Below, piece after piece: positions 1-9,145 of a DNA stretch of 24,000 nucleotides; position 1 is the first letter of the stretch; each line of letters opens with the position of its first letter. The position numbers and the translations under genes are program-made. The DNA comes from Halorubrum sp. BV1. Its GTDB lineage: Archaea > Halobacteriota > Halobacteria > Halobacteriales > Haloferacaceae. The notes beneath the pieces were generated by a model. The model had not been told where the DNA came from and made no database searches. It worked only from the letters and a program-made list of their open reading frames with translations. Location of the stretch: positions 143,652 through 167,651 of the forward strand of contig NZ_JQKV01000001.1 of assembly GCF_000746205.1 (NCBI RefSeq), given 5' to 3'.

Positions 1-501
1 AAGCGTTTGGCCCGCCTCGTAGCTCTCGGGTCGGAGGAAGTGCCAGTTTTCGGCGTCGGCGTCGACGCCCTGCTGGCCGGCGTACTCGCGGAGCACGTCG
101 GGCGTGTCGCGCTCGGGGTCGAACGTGAGCGCGAGAAGCGCGAGTTCGTCTCCGTACCCGCCCTCGGCGGCGGCCGCCTGCGCTCTGCGGAGTCGGAGGA
201 TGAGCGCCGGGCAGACGCCGTCGGGACAATTGGTGTAAAAGGAGGTCCACAGCACTGCGCGCTCGCCCTCGTAGTCCGCGACGGTGACGTCCTCGCCGGT
301 GATCGGGTCGGGGACGGTGACGTTCGGCATCTCGTCTCCGTAACTCGGGTGGGAGGCCTCGCTCAGGTCTTGCTCGGGAGGGCCGAGCACCGTTCCCTCG
401 GCTCCGGAGGACCCGAGCGCTCCGAGACAGCCGGCGGTCGCAGCGCTTGCGGCGACGCCGGCCGCACCGGCGACCGATCGAATGTAACTGCGGCGATCCA
501 T
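1..501 (-). CDS. SCO1/SenC-like redoxin-family lipoprotein (3' end runs off the window)
   Basis: Manual minus-strand translation from ATG at 499-501: MDRRSYIRSVAGAAGVAASAATAGCLGALGSS...PDPITGEDVTVADYEGERAVLWTSFYTNCPDGVCPALILRLRRAQ. It has a Tat/lipobox-like N-terminus (RRSYIR...AGCLG) and an SCO-like 'F-T-x-C-P-x-x-C-P' segment. It is missing from the supplied ORF track because it is truncated at the edge. Confidence 0.8.
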   Translation of the reverse strand, partial: MDRRSYIRSVAGAAGVAASAATAGCLGALGSSGAEGTVLGPPEQDLSEASHPSYGDEMPNVTVPDPITGEDVTVADYEGERAVLWTSFYTNCPDGVCPALILRLRRAQAAAAEGGYGDELALLALTFDPERDTPDVLREYAGQQGVDADAENWHFLRPESYEAGQTL

Positions 502-699
502 TGGGTACGTACAGGTTCGTGGACGCTCGTAAATGAACCTCGCGGCTGATCGCACGCGGTGAGCACGACCGATTTCGGCGGTCCACGCCTCTCGGTCGTG
601 TCAAACAACGCGTATCGAACGTGACGATCGGCCGCCACAGTCCGTGGTACCGTGACCCTCGCAAGGGTTATCCCCGAACGGGCAGTACGTTTGTTTGCA

Positions 700-906
700 A
701 TGGCAAACGGTAAGGTTGATTTCTTCAACGACACTGGCGGCTACGGTTTCATCTCGACTGACGACGGCGACCTCGACGACGACGAAGACGTGTTCTTCCA
801 CATGGAAGACGTCGGCGGCCCGGACCTCGAAGAGGGCCAGGAAGTGGAGTTCGACATCGAGTCCTCGCCCAAGGGACCCCGAGCGACGAACCTCGTCCGT
901 AACTAA
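700..906 (+). CDS. cspA: Cold-shock domain protein (CspA family)
   Basis: MANGKVDFFNDTGGYGFISTDDGDLDDDEDVFFHMEDVGGPDLEEGQEVEFDIESSPKGPRATNLVRN. Contains the cold-shock RNP1-like GYGFI and VFFH motifs. The start is set at the internal MANGKVDFF rather than the 652 start in the track. Confidence 0.95.
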   Translation: MANGKVDFFNDTGGYGFISTDDGDLDDDEDVFFHMEDVGGPDLEEGQEVEFDIESSPKGPRATNLVRN

Positions 907-1113
907 CTACCGGATCCCGGCGTCGCTCGACGCGATCGGCGACCGATTCCGATTTCTCACGTACTCTCCACACGACGAGTGACTTCTGTCGGCTCGCGGC
1001 CGCGACGACGCATTCTGTTTCGTCCCCGACAGCATGTGATCGTGTTCCGTCCTCGCCAGCATGCGGCCCGCCGCGATCGACCGTTTAAGTACGAGCGCGG
1101 TTGAGACTCCGAC

Positions 1114-1821
1114 GTGACCGATCCGATCCCGACCGGCTGCGGCCCGGTCGACGACCTGTTGGACGGCGGGTTCGAGCGCGGCGTCGTCACGCAGGTGTAC
1201 GGACCGCCCGCTGCGGGGAAGACCAACCTCGCGCTCGCGGCCGCGGTCGAGGTCGCGGCCGGCGGCGACCGCGCGCTCTACGTCGACACCGAGGGGCTCT
1301 CGATCGACCGGTTTGAGCAGGTGGCCTCGGGCCGGCTGGACCGTTCGGACACCGACGAGACGGTCGAGGAGATCGCTTCGCGGGTGATCATCACGGAGGC
1401 GTACGACTTCGACGACCAGCGCGAGGCGGTCCGCGACGCGGCGGAGCTCGCACCGGAGGTCGACTTGATCGTCGTCGACTCCGCTACCGGCTTCTACCGT
1501 CTCGAACGCGCCGACGACGTCGAGACGGGAGACTCGCTCCGAGCGGTGGCGAAACAGGTGACACACCTCCTCTCTCTGGCCCGCAGACACGACTTGGCCG
1601 TCGTGATCACGAATCAGGTGTTCAGCGATCCGGACAGCGACCGGGACCGCGCGCTCGGCGGCAACACGCTCAACCACTGGACAGGTGCGATCGTCCGCGT
1701 CGACCGCTTCAGAGGGGGGAACCGCCGGGCGACGCTGGAGAAACACCGGTCGAAGCCCGCCGGCGAGTCGGCGGCGTTCCAGATCGTGGCCGACGGCCTC
1801 GCCGAGGGGACCGACGCCTGA
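1114..1821 (+). CDS. radB: DNA repair and recombination protein RadB
   Basis: 235 aa RecA/RadA-superfamily ATPase without the RadA N-terminal domain. Walker A is GPPAAGKTNL and Walker B is LIVVDSATG. TGCGPVDDLLDGGFERGVVTQVYG is a typical RadB N-terminus. Confidence 0.95.
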   Translation: MTDPIPTGCGPVDDLLDGGFERGVVTQVYGPPAAGKTNLALAAAVEVAAGGDRALYVDTEGLSIDRFEQVASGRLDRSDTDETVEEIASRVIITEAYDFDDQREAVRDAAELAPEVDLIVVDSATGFYRLERADDVETGDSLRAVAKQVTHLLSLARRHDLAVVITNQVFSDPDSDRDRALGGNTLNHWTGAIVRVDRFRGGNRRATLEKHRSKPAGESAAFQIVADGLAEGTDA

Positions 1822-1905
1822 TCGGCGATTCATACAACTCTGTTGTCATTTTTGTGTTTTCGTTCGGACGTGAAATTTAACCTCGCCGCGACCGGCTACT
1901 GATCA

Positions 1906-4900
1906 ATGAGCGATCGGAGGGACCGCGCACTGACCGTGGCTGTGGGTCTCGTCGTCGCGTGCGTCCTCGCCGCGGCCGTCACGCCGGCGGCGGTCGCGGC
2001 CGGCCTCGAACCGATCGGCGGCACGGATGTCGCCGCCGATGGGAACGGTATCGGGGCGGGAGCGGACGACTCGATCGGCGACGAGACGACCGCACCGTCC
2101 GTCTCACACCCGGCCGCCGTCGACGGGGGCTCGCGCACCGACCGGAACGCGATCGGACCTGGACTCCGGTCGGCGAACGGGACGGTGGAGGTCGTCGTGC
2201 GGTTCGAGGATACCGCACAGATCGAACGGAGCCGGGCGAACGGAGGGGCCGGCGTCTCGACGGCCGACCTCAAAACGAACGCCGATGGGGCGCAGGCCGA
2301 GTTCGACCGGTTCGCGGCTGGTAACGGTGCGATCTCGGTAGACCGGGACTTCTGGCTCGCGAACGCGAAGCTGGTCACGGTCGACACCGACCGCGTGCCG
2401 ATCGACCGGCTCCTCGACGTTCCCGGCGTCGAGCGCGTCCACGAGAACTTCCGCGTCGAACTCGACACCGCGGCGGCGAGCGCGGGGGATGGCGGGTCCG
2501 GACCCACGGCCGGATCGCTCGACTCGCCGACGCCGACCGCCCAGACCGTCTCCACCGCGTCGGTCGACGCGACCTACGGCGTCGAGATGGTTCGCGCGCC
2601 CGAGGTGTGGGCGGAGTTCGACACTCGGGGTGGGGGCACGACGGTCGCCGTACTCGACACGGGTGTCGACCCCGACCATCCGGACCTGACGGTGAGCGGG
2701 TGGGCGGAGATCGACGAGAACGGGAACGTGATCGAGAACGACGACGGCCCGTATGACCTGAACGGCCACGGGACGCACGTCGCAGGGACGGTCGCCGGTG
2801 GCAACGCGAGCGGGACCGCGATCGGCGTCGCTCCCAACGCGTCGGTTCACGCCATCAAGGTGTTTCCTGACGACGATCGATCGACGACGTTCACGCGCAT
2901 TCTCGGCGGCATGGAACATGCGACGCAAGATTCGGAGGTGGACGTGCTCCAAATGAGTCTCGGAGCCGACGGATACTACTCGGAGTTCATCGATCCGGTC
3001 AGGAACGCTCGGAGTACCGGAAAGGTCGTCGTTGCGTCGTCGGGGAACACCGACACCGAACCGTCGAGTACCCCCGGAAACGTATACGACTCTCTCGCTG
3101 TCGGAGCCGTCGATTCGAACCGCGACGTCGCCTCCTTTTCTGGCGGCGAACGGATCAATACGAGCGACACATGGGGGAGCGACGCTCCCGCAGAGTGGCC
3201 CGACGAGTACGTCGTACCGGACGTGACGGGACCCGGCGTCGGCGTGGACTCGGCCGAACCCGGCGGCACCTACGGAACGAAATCAGGCACTTCGATGGCT
3301 GCGCCACACGTCTCCGGCGCCGTCGCTCTGATGATCTCGGCGAGCACGCGAGACGTCGGTGACGACGAGCTGTACGACACCCTCCGGGACACGGCCGACC
3401 ACCCCTCGGACGCCACGGACCCGGACGCGGACTACGGGACCGGGATCGTCGACGCGTACGCCGCGGTGTCGGCGATCACGGAACCGGATTCGAACTTGAC
3501 GGTCACGAGCTTCGAGGCACCCGCGGAGACCGCGCCGGGAGCGACGATCGAGGCGACCGCGACAATCAACAACACCGGCCTCGATCCGGGGGCTGGGACC
3601 GTCGACTACCGGTTCAACGGCACCGCTGGCGACAATCGAACCGTCTCTCTCGACTCCGGCGAGGAGACAACGGTGTCGTTCGAGTACGTCGTCCCCACCG
3701 ACACGCCGACGAACGCGACGTACGAGCACGGCGTGTACACCGACGACTCGAACGCGACCGCCGCCGTCGACGTCGTCGACACGGCGTTTTACGAGGTGAC
3801 GAACGTCTCCGCGCCCGCGATAGTCGAGCGGAACGCGACGCTCGAAGCGACGGCGAACGCGACGAACTGGGGCGTGATCGCCGGCGACAACCGAACCGTC
3901 TCGCTCCGACTGACGGACCCCGAAAACGAGAGCGACACGCGAACGCTCGACGACGCAAACGTCTCGCTCAACTCGGGCGACGCCGCGAGCGTGACGCTGA
4001 ACGGGACCGTCCCGGACGCGTTCGGCACCGGCGTGACGACGCTGTCGATCGCCTCGCCGGACGACGAGACGGCGGCCGGGATCCGCGTCGCCGCGGCCGT
4101 CGGCACGGTGAACGGCACGGTCACCGACGAAGCGACGGACGCGACGCTCGCGGACGTCGACGTCGTCGTCCGGAATGGGACCGAGGTCGTCGGCGAGGCG
4201 AGCACCGACGCGGGCGGAACGTACGCGGTCAACGTGCCGGCAGCGGAGCTGAACGTCACGGCGAGCAACGCGACGTACGCACCGGCGACCGCGACCGTCA
4301 ATCTGAGCGGCTCCGGGGACACCGCGACAGCGAACCTTTCTCTCTCGCTCCGGAACGGCACGCTCGCGGGCGTCGTCGGTGCGACCGACGGGCTGTCGGG
4401 GCCGACGGACGCGATCGTAACGGTCCAAAATGAGACGAACGCGACTGTGTCGACGGCGACGGCGACCGACGACGGGGCGTACGAGACGACCCTCAGACCA
4501 GGGACGTATAGCCTCTCTGCGAACGCGACGGACTTCGCCTCGGCGAACGAGACGGACGTGGTGATCGAGCCGAACCGTACGACCTCCCAGCCGATCGAAC
4601 TCGATCCGCTGCCCGCCACGCTCTCCGGCACGGTAACCGCGGCGGATGGGGGCGAGCCGATCGCGGGCGCGACGGTGACTGCCGGGACGGCGTCCAACAC
4701 GACCGATTCCGGTGGGTCGTACTCGCTTGAAACGGATCGCGGCGAGTACCGCGTGACCGCGTCGGCCGACGGGTACGCGGACGAGCGGCGAACGATCTCG
4801 TTGCCGGCGAACCGCTCTGTGAGCGCGAACTTCGCGCTCTCGCTCCCGCCGGAGTTTGCCATTACCGAGTTCACCGGGCCGAGTGAGATCGAACGGGGCT

Positions 4901-5535
4901 CCAGCGGCGACTTCGCGGTCACGATCGAGAACGCCGGCGGATCGCGCGGGGACGTGACCGTCTCGCTCGCTGTCTCTCCGAGCGGAAGCTCACAGTCACG
5001 CACGTTCTCCGGCGTGCCAGCGGGCGAGAACCGGACGACGACGTTCTCGATCTCGGTTGCGGACGACGCCTCGACCGGCCAGTACGACGCGACCGCGTCG
5101 ACGCCCCACGACACGCGGACCCGTTCGTTCTCGGTCGTGAGCGGAGACGACGAGACGACGGCCGGTGGCGGCGGTGGCGGCGGTGGAGGCGGAGGCGGAG
5201 GCGGCGGAATCGCTCCCCCCACCACCGAAGAACCGGACGAGCCGGAGAACACCACCGCGAACGGGACGGCGGCCCCGGACGACCCCGGTCGAGACGCGTC
5301 CGAGAACACGCCGGCAGACGCCACCGACGGAGCGGACGGGACGGACGACTCGGCCGGGGGCGCAAGCGACAGCGACGGCGGAGCCGAAACCGAGAGCGGA
5401 TCTGGTGACGTGGACGGTGGGGGCGGGTCGGGTGGCGGAACGCCGACGACCGACGGGAGTGTCCCCGGGTTCGGTGGCGCGGTCGGCGTTACCGCACTGC
5501 TCGCGGCTGCGGTGCTCGCGAGGCGGGACGCGTGA
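1906..5535 (+). CDS. Secreted subtilisin-like serine protease (S8) with propeptide, CARDB/carboxypeptidase-regulatory-like repeats, Gly-rich linker and PGF-CTERM anchor
   Basis: Catalytic triad motifs: VAVLDTGVDPDHPDLT (Asp), NGHGTHVAGTVAG (His), GTSMAAPHVSGAV (Ser). The N-terminus is a Sec-like signal. The C-terminus is poly-Gly then an acidic Thr/Ser/Asp region, then VPGFGGAVGVTALLAAAVLARRDA, which matches an archaeosortase PGF-CTERM signal. Confidence 0.93.
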   Translation: MSDRRDRALTVAVGLVVACVLAAAVTPAAVAAGLEPIGGTDVAADGNGIGAGADDSIGDETTAPSVSHPAAVDGGSRTDRNAIGPGLRSANGTVEVVVRFEDTAQIERSRANGGAGVSTADLKTNADGAQAEFDRFAAGNGAISVDRDFWLANAKLVTVDTDRVPIDRLLDVPGVERVHENFRVELDTAAASAGDGGSGPTAGSLDSPTPTAQTVSTASVDATYGVEMVRAPEVWAEFDTRGGGTTVAVLDTGVDPDHPDLTVSGWAEIDENGNVIENDDGPYDLNGHGTHVAGTVAGGNASGTAIGVAPNASVHAIKVFPDDDRSTTFTRILGGMEHATQDSEVDVLQMSLGADGYYSEFIDPVRNARSTGKVVVASSGNTDTEPSSTPGNVYDSLAVGAVDSNRDVASFSGGERINTSDTWGSDAPAEWPDEYVVPDVTGPGVGVDSAEPGGTYGTKSGTSMAAPHVSGAVALMISASTRDVGDDELYDTLRDTADHPSDATDPDADYGTGIVDAYAAVSAITEPDSNLTVTSFEAPAETAPGATIEATATINNTGLDPGAGTVDYRFNGTAGDNRTVSLDSGEETTVSFEYVVPTDTPTNATYEHGVYTDDSNATAAVDVVDTAFYEVTNVSAPAIVERNATLEATANATNWGVIAGDNRTVSLRLTDPENESDTRTLDDANVSLNSGDAASVTLNGTVPDAFGTGVTTLSIASPDDETAAGIRVAAAVGTVNGTVTDEATDATLADVDVVVRNGTEVVGEASTDAGGTYAVNVPAAELNVTASNATYAPATATVNLSGSGDTATANLSLSLRNGTLAGVVGATDGLSGPTDAIVTVQNETNATVSTATATDDGAYETTLRPGTYSLSANATDFASANETDVVIEPNRTTSQPIELDPLPATLSGTVTAADGGEPIAGATVTAGTASNTTDSGGSYSLETDRGEYRVTASADGYADERRTISLPANRSVSANFALSLPPEFAITEFTGPSEIERGSSGDFAVTIENAGGSRGDVTVSLAVSPSGSSQSRTFSGVPAGENRTTTFSISVADDASTGQYDATASTPHDTRTRSFSVVSGDDETTAGGGGGGGGGGGGGGGIAPPTTEEPDEPENTTANGTAAPDDPGRDASENTPADATDGADGTDDSAGGASDSDGGAETESGSGDVDGGGGSGGGTPTTDGSVPGFGGAVGVTALLAAAVLARRDA

Positions 5536-5591
5536 TCGGTGCGAGCGCCGACAGACGTCGTCTCAAGCGCGACAAAACGGAGGGGTCCCGG

Positions 5592-6731
5592 CTACAACTC
5601 GCCGAGTTTGCGGAGGAGCTGCCCGCGGTACTCTTCGTCCGCGTTCACGCCTTTGATCTCTAAGACGTTCCGCTCCAGTTTGTCGAGCGCGACGTGGAAC
5701 GCGTGTTCCGCGCCGTATCCCTCACCGGAGCCGCCGACCTGGCCCTCGTTCGTCCGAAGCCGGATCTGACACTGGATGAGCGGCGTGCCACGGAGCTTCT
5801 CCTTGTGCGCGTGAAAGCGGACGTGCGCGTGGATGACCTGCATCGCGGCGTACTTGTCTGCGACCTGCTCGATGGACTCGACGATGTGTTCTCGGTTGGT
5901 CGTATCGAGCAACTCGACGTTGGTGATCTGCACGTCCATCGAGTCCTGCTCGGTGAACGTGAGCGCGCGCAGCACGTCGGTTTTGGTCACCATTCCGGCG
6001 ACGGTGTCGGCGTCGTCCGGCGTGACGACCAGCCCGGAGATGTCGTTGTCGAACATCCGCTCGACGACAGCCTGTGCGGTCTCGTCAGCGGTCGCCGTGA
6101 CGACTGGGCTCGACATGATGTCGTAGACGGGGATGTCGAGCATCCGGTCGATGTCGCCGGCGCGGTCGCCGCTGCCCTGTCGCTCCTGATCGCGGACGAC
6201 GAACTCGACGATGTCGTTCGTGGTGACGACGCCCGCGAGCCGTCCGTCCTCGTCGAGCGTCGGCAGCCGCGAGATCCCGTTCTCGCGGAGGCGGTTGATC
6301 GCGCTCCCGACGCTGTCTTTCTCGCTGATCCCGATCACGTCCTCGGTCGCGATCTGGGCGACGGTGATCGCATCGAGGCTGTCGATGACCGCCTCCAGGA
6401 TCTGGTCGACCGTGATGATCCCGTACAGCTTCTCGCCCTCGTACACGGGTGCGATCTTCACGTCTCCCTCGACGAGGAGTCGCGCCGTCTCGCGGACGTC
6501 CTCGTGTCGATCGACAGACGGGGCTGGCTTCATCACGGCCGACACCTTCGTGTCGTCTTCCATCCGCGAGCGCATGAGCTGTTTCTCGCCGACGACGCCC
6601 GCGTACTCGCCGTCTTCTACGACGACGATCCCTTTCGGATTCTCCCGCTCAAAGATAGAACGGACCTTTGCGAGCCGCTCATCGACCTCCACTTCGACGT
6701 ATTCCGGCGCTGCAATATCAACGATATCCAT
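5592..6731 (-). CDS. Four-CBS-domain protein with C-terminal S30AE/HPF-like segment
   Basis: Start is taken as MDIVDIAAPEYVEV at 6731, not the longer 7019 ORF, which would overlap the divergent HAD gene. Four CBS-like units are readable. The C-terminus QVIHAHVRFHAHKEKLRGTPLIQCQIRLRTNEG...FHVALDKLERNVLEIKG resembles ribosome-associated S30AE proteins. Confidence 0.8.
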   Translation of the reverse strand: MDIVDIAAPEYVEVEVDERLAKVRSIFERENPKGIVVVEDGEYAGVVGEKQLMRSRMEDDTKVSAVMKPAPSVDRHEDVRETARLLVEGDVKIAPVYEGEKLYGIITVDQILEAVIDSLDAITVAQIATEDVIGISEKDSVGSAINRLRENGISRLPTLDEDGRLAGVVTTNDIVEFVVRDQERQGSGDRAGDIDRMLDIPVYDIMSSPVVTATADETAQAVVERMFDNDISGLVVTPDDADTVAGMVTKTDVLRALTFTEQDSMDVQITNVELLDTTNREHIVESIEQVADKYAAMQVIHAHVRFHAHKEKLRGTPLIQCQIRLRTNEGQVGGSGEGYGAEHAFHVALDKLERNVLEIKGVNADEEYRGQLLRKLGEL

Positions 6732-6893
6732 GGTCCAGTTCGAAAGTTCGACCGGCCGGGTATTGAAAGTGCGGGAGTCGTCGCGTCGAGTGAGATACTC
6801 CCTCACGGGGCGATATTTCACCTCAGGCGGCCTCGAGCTGCGCGTACTCTCAATAGTGAAAGGTTTTTGCCCGTTACCGACGGACACGAGCGT

Positions 6894-7577
6894 GTGTACG
6901 ACGCCGTCGTCCTCGACAAGGACGGAGTGCTCGTCGGACGAACCTCGTTCGACACGCTCCGGGAGGCCGCGTGGGACGCGTTCGTAAGCGCCGGCGTCGA
7001 AGACCCGGATCTGGCTCACGTCGACGACGTCGCCGTTGGCGTCGACCCCGGGACGCTATCGACGATCTGTGAGCGGTACGGCCTCGATCCGACCGAATTC
7101 TGGCGTATCCGCGACGAGGTCGCGGCGGCGGCACAGATCGCCGCCGCGCGCAGCGGACAGAAGACCCCATACGAGGACGTCGACGCGCTTCGCTACCTCG
7201 ACGCCTCGCTCGGCGTCGTCTCCTCGAACCAGCAGGAGACGGTTGACGCCGTTCTCGACCACTTCGGACTGTCCGGCCGGTTCGAGGTCGCCTACGGTCG
7301 GGAACCGTCGATAGCGAGCCTCTCACGAAAGAAGCCGTCGCCGTACTATCTCGAACGTGCGCTCGACGCGCTCGACGCCGAGACGGCGATATTCGTCGGC
7401 GACAACGAGTCCGACATCCGCGCGGCCGACAACGCCGGCATCGACTCCGCGTTCATCCGTCGACCTCACCGGCGATCGACGGAACTCACCTGTCACCCGA
7501 CCTACGAGATCGACGACCTCCACGACCTCGTGAGCATCTGCGGACGGGCACCCGTGGATAACAGCCGCGAGGCGTAG
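6894..7577 (+). CDS. HAD-superfamily hydrolase (phosphoglycolate-phosphatase-like)
   Basis: From GTG 6894: VYDAVVLDKDGVLVGRTSF (DxDG motif I), LGVVSSNQQETVD (motif II), KKPSPYYLERAL (Lys motif III), AIFVGDNESDIRAADNAGID (motif IV). The upstream part of the 5694-7577 ORF is antisense to the CBS gene and was not accepted. The start codon is uncertain. Confidence 0.85.
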   Translation: MYDAVVLDKDGVLVGRTSFDTLREAAWDAFVSAGVEDPDLAHVDDVAVGVDPGTLSTICERYGLDPTEFWRIRDEVAAAAQIAAARSGQKTPYEDVDALRYLDASLGVVSSNQQETVDAVLDHFGLSGRFEVAYGREPSIASLSRKKPSPYYLERALDALDAETAIFVGDNESDIRAADNAGIDSAFIRRPHRRSTELTCHPTYEIDDLHDLVSICGRAPVDNSREA

Positions 7578-7697
7578 GGTCGACCGTATCGGCATTGCTC
7601 GTCCACCGAGCCGCCTCGCGACACCGAATCGTCGCGCTCAGGCCGAACGGCCGCATTCCACGGTCTCGCGGGATACGTGTGTCGGTAGCCCTGCTCG

Positions 7698-7713
7698 GTA
7701 CTGCTAGCAGTAC
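7698..7713. promoter_or_regulatory. Perfect 16-bp palindrome gtactgctagcagtac just upstream of a TATA-like element (ggttattt) of the SDR gene; candidate operator
   Basis: The sequence equals its own reverse complement. It lies about 27-48 nt before the ATGs at 7740/7746 and abuts a TATA-like motif at 7714-7721. Confidence 0.35.
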
Positions 7714-7739
7714 GGTTATTTCCGCCTGCCCCGTGGCGA

Positions 7740-8510
7740 ATGGTGATGTCAACGGATCCCAGTTCTGACCTCGACGAACAGGTAGCGATCGTGACCGGCG
7801 CGTCGTCCGGGATTGGCGAGGCCACGGCCGAAGCTCTGGCTTCCCGGGGCGCGAGCGTTGTCCTCGCTGCTCGTCGCGAGAACGAACTCGACGCGCTCGC
7901 CGACAACATCGAGGCGGACGGAGGGACTGCGCTGTCCGTCCCGACCGATGTCACAGCGGAAGATGACATCGACGCACTCGTCGAATCGACGCTCGACGCG
8001 TTCGGATCGATTGATATCCTCGTGAACAACGCGGGCGTGATGCTCTTGGAACCCGTCGAGCGCGCCGACCGCGAGAACTTCCGGCAGATGGTCGAAGTGA
8101 ACTTGCTGGGGTTGATGAACCTCACCCACGCCGCCCTTCCGGTGATGCAAGAACAGGGCGCTGGTCACATCGTCAACATTTCGTCGACGGCCGGTCGGAA
8201 CGCGAACGCGAACAGTTCCGGATACAACGCGACGAAGTTCGGGGTCAACGCGTTCACCGAAGCCCTTCGTCAGGAGGTTACCACCGAAGGCGTCCGAACG
8301 ACGATCATCGAACCGGGCGCGGTCGACACCGAACTCCCGGATCACATTCCGGACGACGAGATCAAAGAACAGCTCGAAGCGGGCCTGCTCGACTCGATGA
8401 CGCCGCTCCAGAGCGAGGATATCGCACGCGCGATCACGTACGCCGTGACCCAACCGCAGCACGTCAGCGTCAACGAGATGCTCGTCCGGCCGACAGACCA
8501 GCAACGTTGA
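7740..8510 (+). CDS. Short-chain dehydrogenase/reductase (SDR family oxidoreductase)
   Basis: VAIVTGASSGIGEATAEAL (TGxxxGxG), NNAGVM, and the SGYNATK active-site YxxxK. The alternative start at 7746 is plausible. Confidence 0.95.
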   Translation: MVMSTDPSSDLDEQVAIVTGASSGIGEATAEALASRGASVVLAARRENELDALADNIEADGGTALSVPTDVTAEDDIDALVESTLDAFGSIDILVNNAGVMLLEPVERADRENFRQMVEVNLLGLMNLTHAALPVMQEQGAGHIVNISSTAGRNANANSSGYNATKFGVNAFTEALRQEVTTEGVRTTIIEPGAVDTELPDHIPDDEIKEQLEAGLLDSMTPLQSEDIARAITYAVTQPQHVSVNEMLVRPTDQQR

Positions 8511-9145
8511 TATCGCTGAAGCGCGCGAGGCTTTCTCTTCGGGTCTCCTAACACCATCTGCGGGTCGTTCCGCTCCGAGACGTCGTACTGTTTCTGTCCG
8601 CCCCTCCCGCCGTTGCTTGAGCGCTCGGTACGCTGTCCTAGGACGACTGTCGAGCGGTGTTTCCGTGTCTTCTCTTCGTTCGGCCTCGGCACGAACGGTT
8701 TCGACTTGGTCTGGTGACCATGCCTGATGGAACCCTTGCCACCCGACTCATCGCCGGCGGAATCGGTGTCTTTCAGTCGTTCTTGTCGACGTGACTGTCG
8801 GACCGAGCGTCGTCGAACCCGTCGTCGCCGCGTCTAGTTTCCGGGTCGCTTTCGGACTGCTCGCGGTCCACTGCCGGCGCGGCGGCACTCTGAATAACCG
8901 AACCCTCAGTGGCCGCCGGTATCAACAAAAGTTGAGACCGCGGATCTCAATGCATAGGTAGTCAGTCCAATCCTGTCTCTTTTGGCAGGTGATTTATGAA
9001 TGAGATTCTGTAGAGTACTTGGAGAACGAAACGCCCGAGAACTCAAGCGGAATATACTCACTCCCAGGGTTTGGAGCGGGGCTTTGACGTGACAGATTCG
9101 TCGTCAAGCGCGCGAGTGGGGGCTATAGAGGCGTCCGAGAGTAAC

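Noticed and set aside
907-1833. 308-aa minus-strand ORF
   Set aside because: Antisense to radB. The composition is a frame-shadow of GC-rich coding DNA with no recognisable domain.
3283-5324. Long minus-strand ORFs (381 aa and 511 aa) inside the protease gene
   Set aside because: Shadow ORFs of the high-GC protease reading frame. The translations are low-complexity Val/Arg/Ser-rich with no motifs, while the plus strand encodes a coherent subtilase.
5694-6893. N-terminal 400 aa of the 5694-7577 plus-strand ORF
   Set aside because: Antisense to the CBS-domain gene. Only the portion from the GTG at 6894 has HAD motifs.
6732-7019. N-terminal extension of the CBS protein in the track
   Set aside because: It overlaps the divergent HAD start and has no homology-like pattern. 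The ATG at 6731 (MDIVDIAAPEYVEV) is a better start.
8511-9057. Possible small minus-strand ORFs between the SDR gene and the HalX pseudogene (e.g. ATEGSVIQSAAAPAVDREQSESDPETRRGDDGFDDARSDSHVDKND*, and a Lys/Arg-rich frame ending MPRPNEEKTRKHRS...)
   Set aside because: No credible start codon or domain. They could be remnants, but there is not enough to call a gene.
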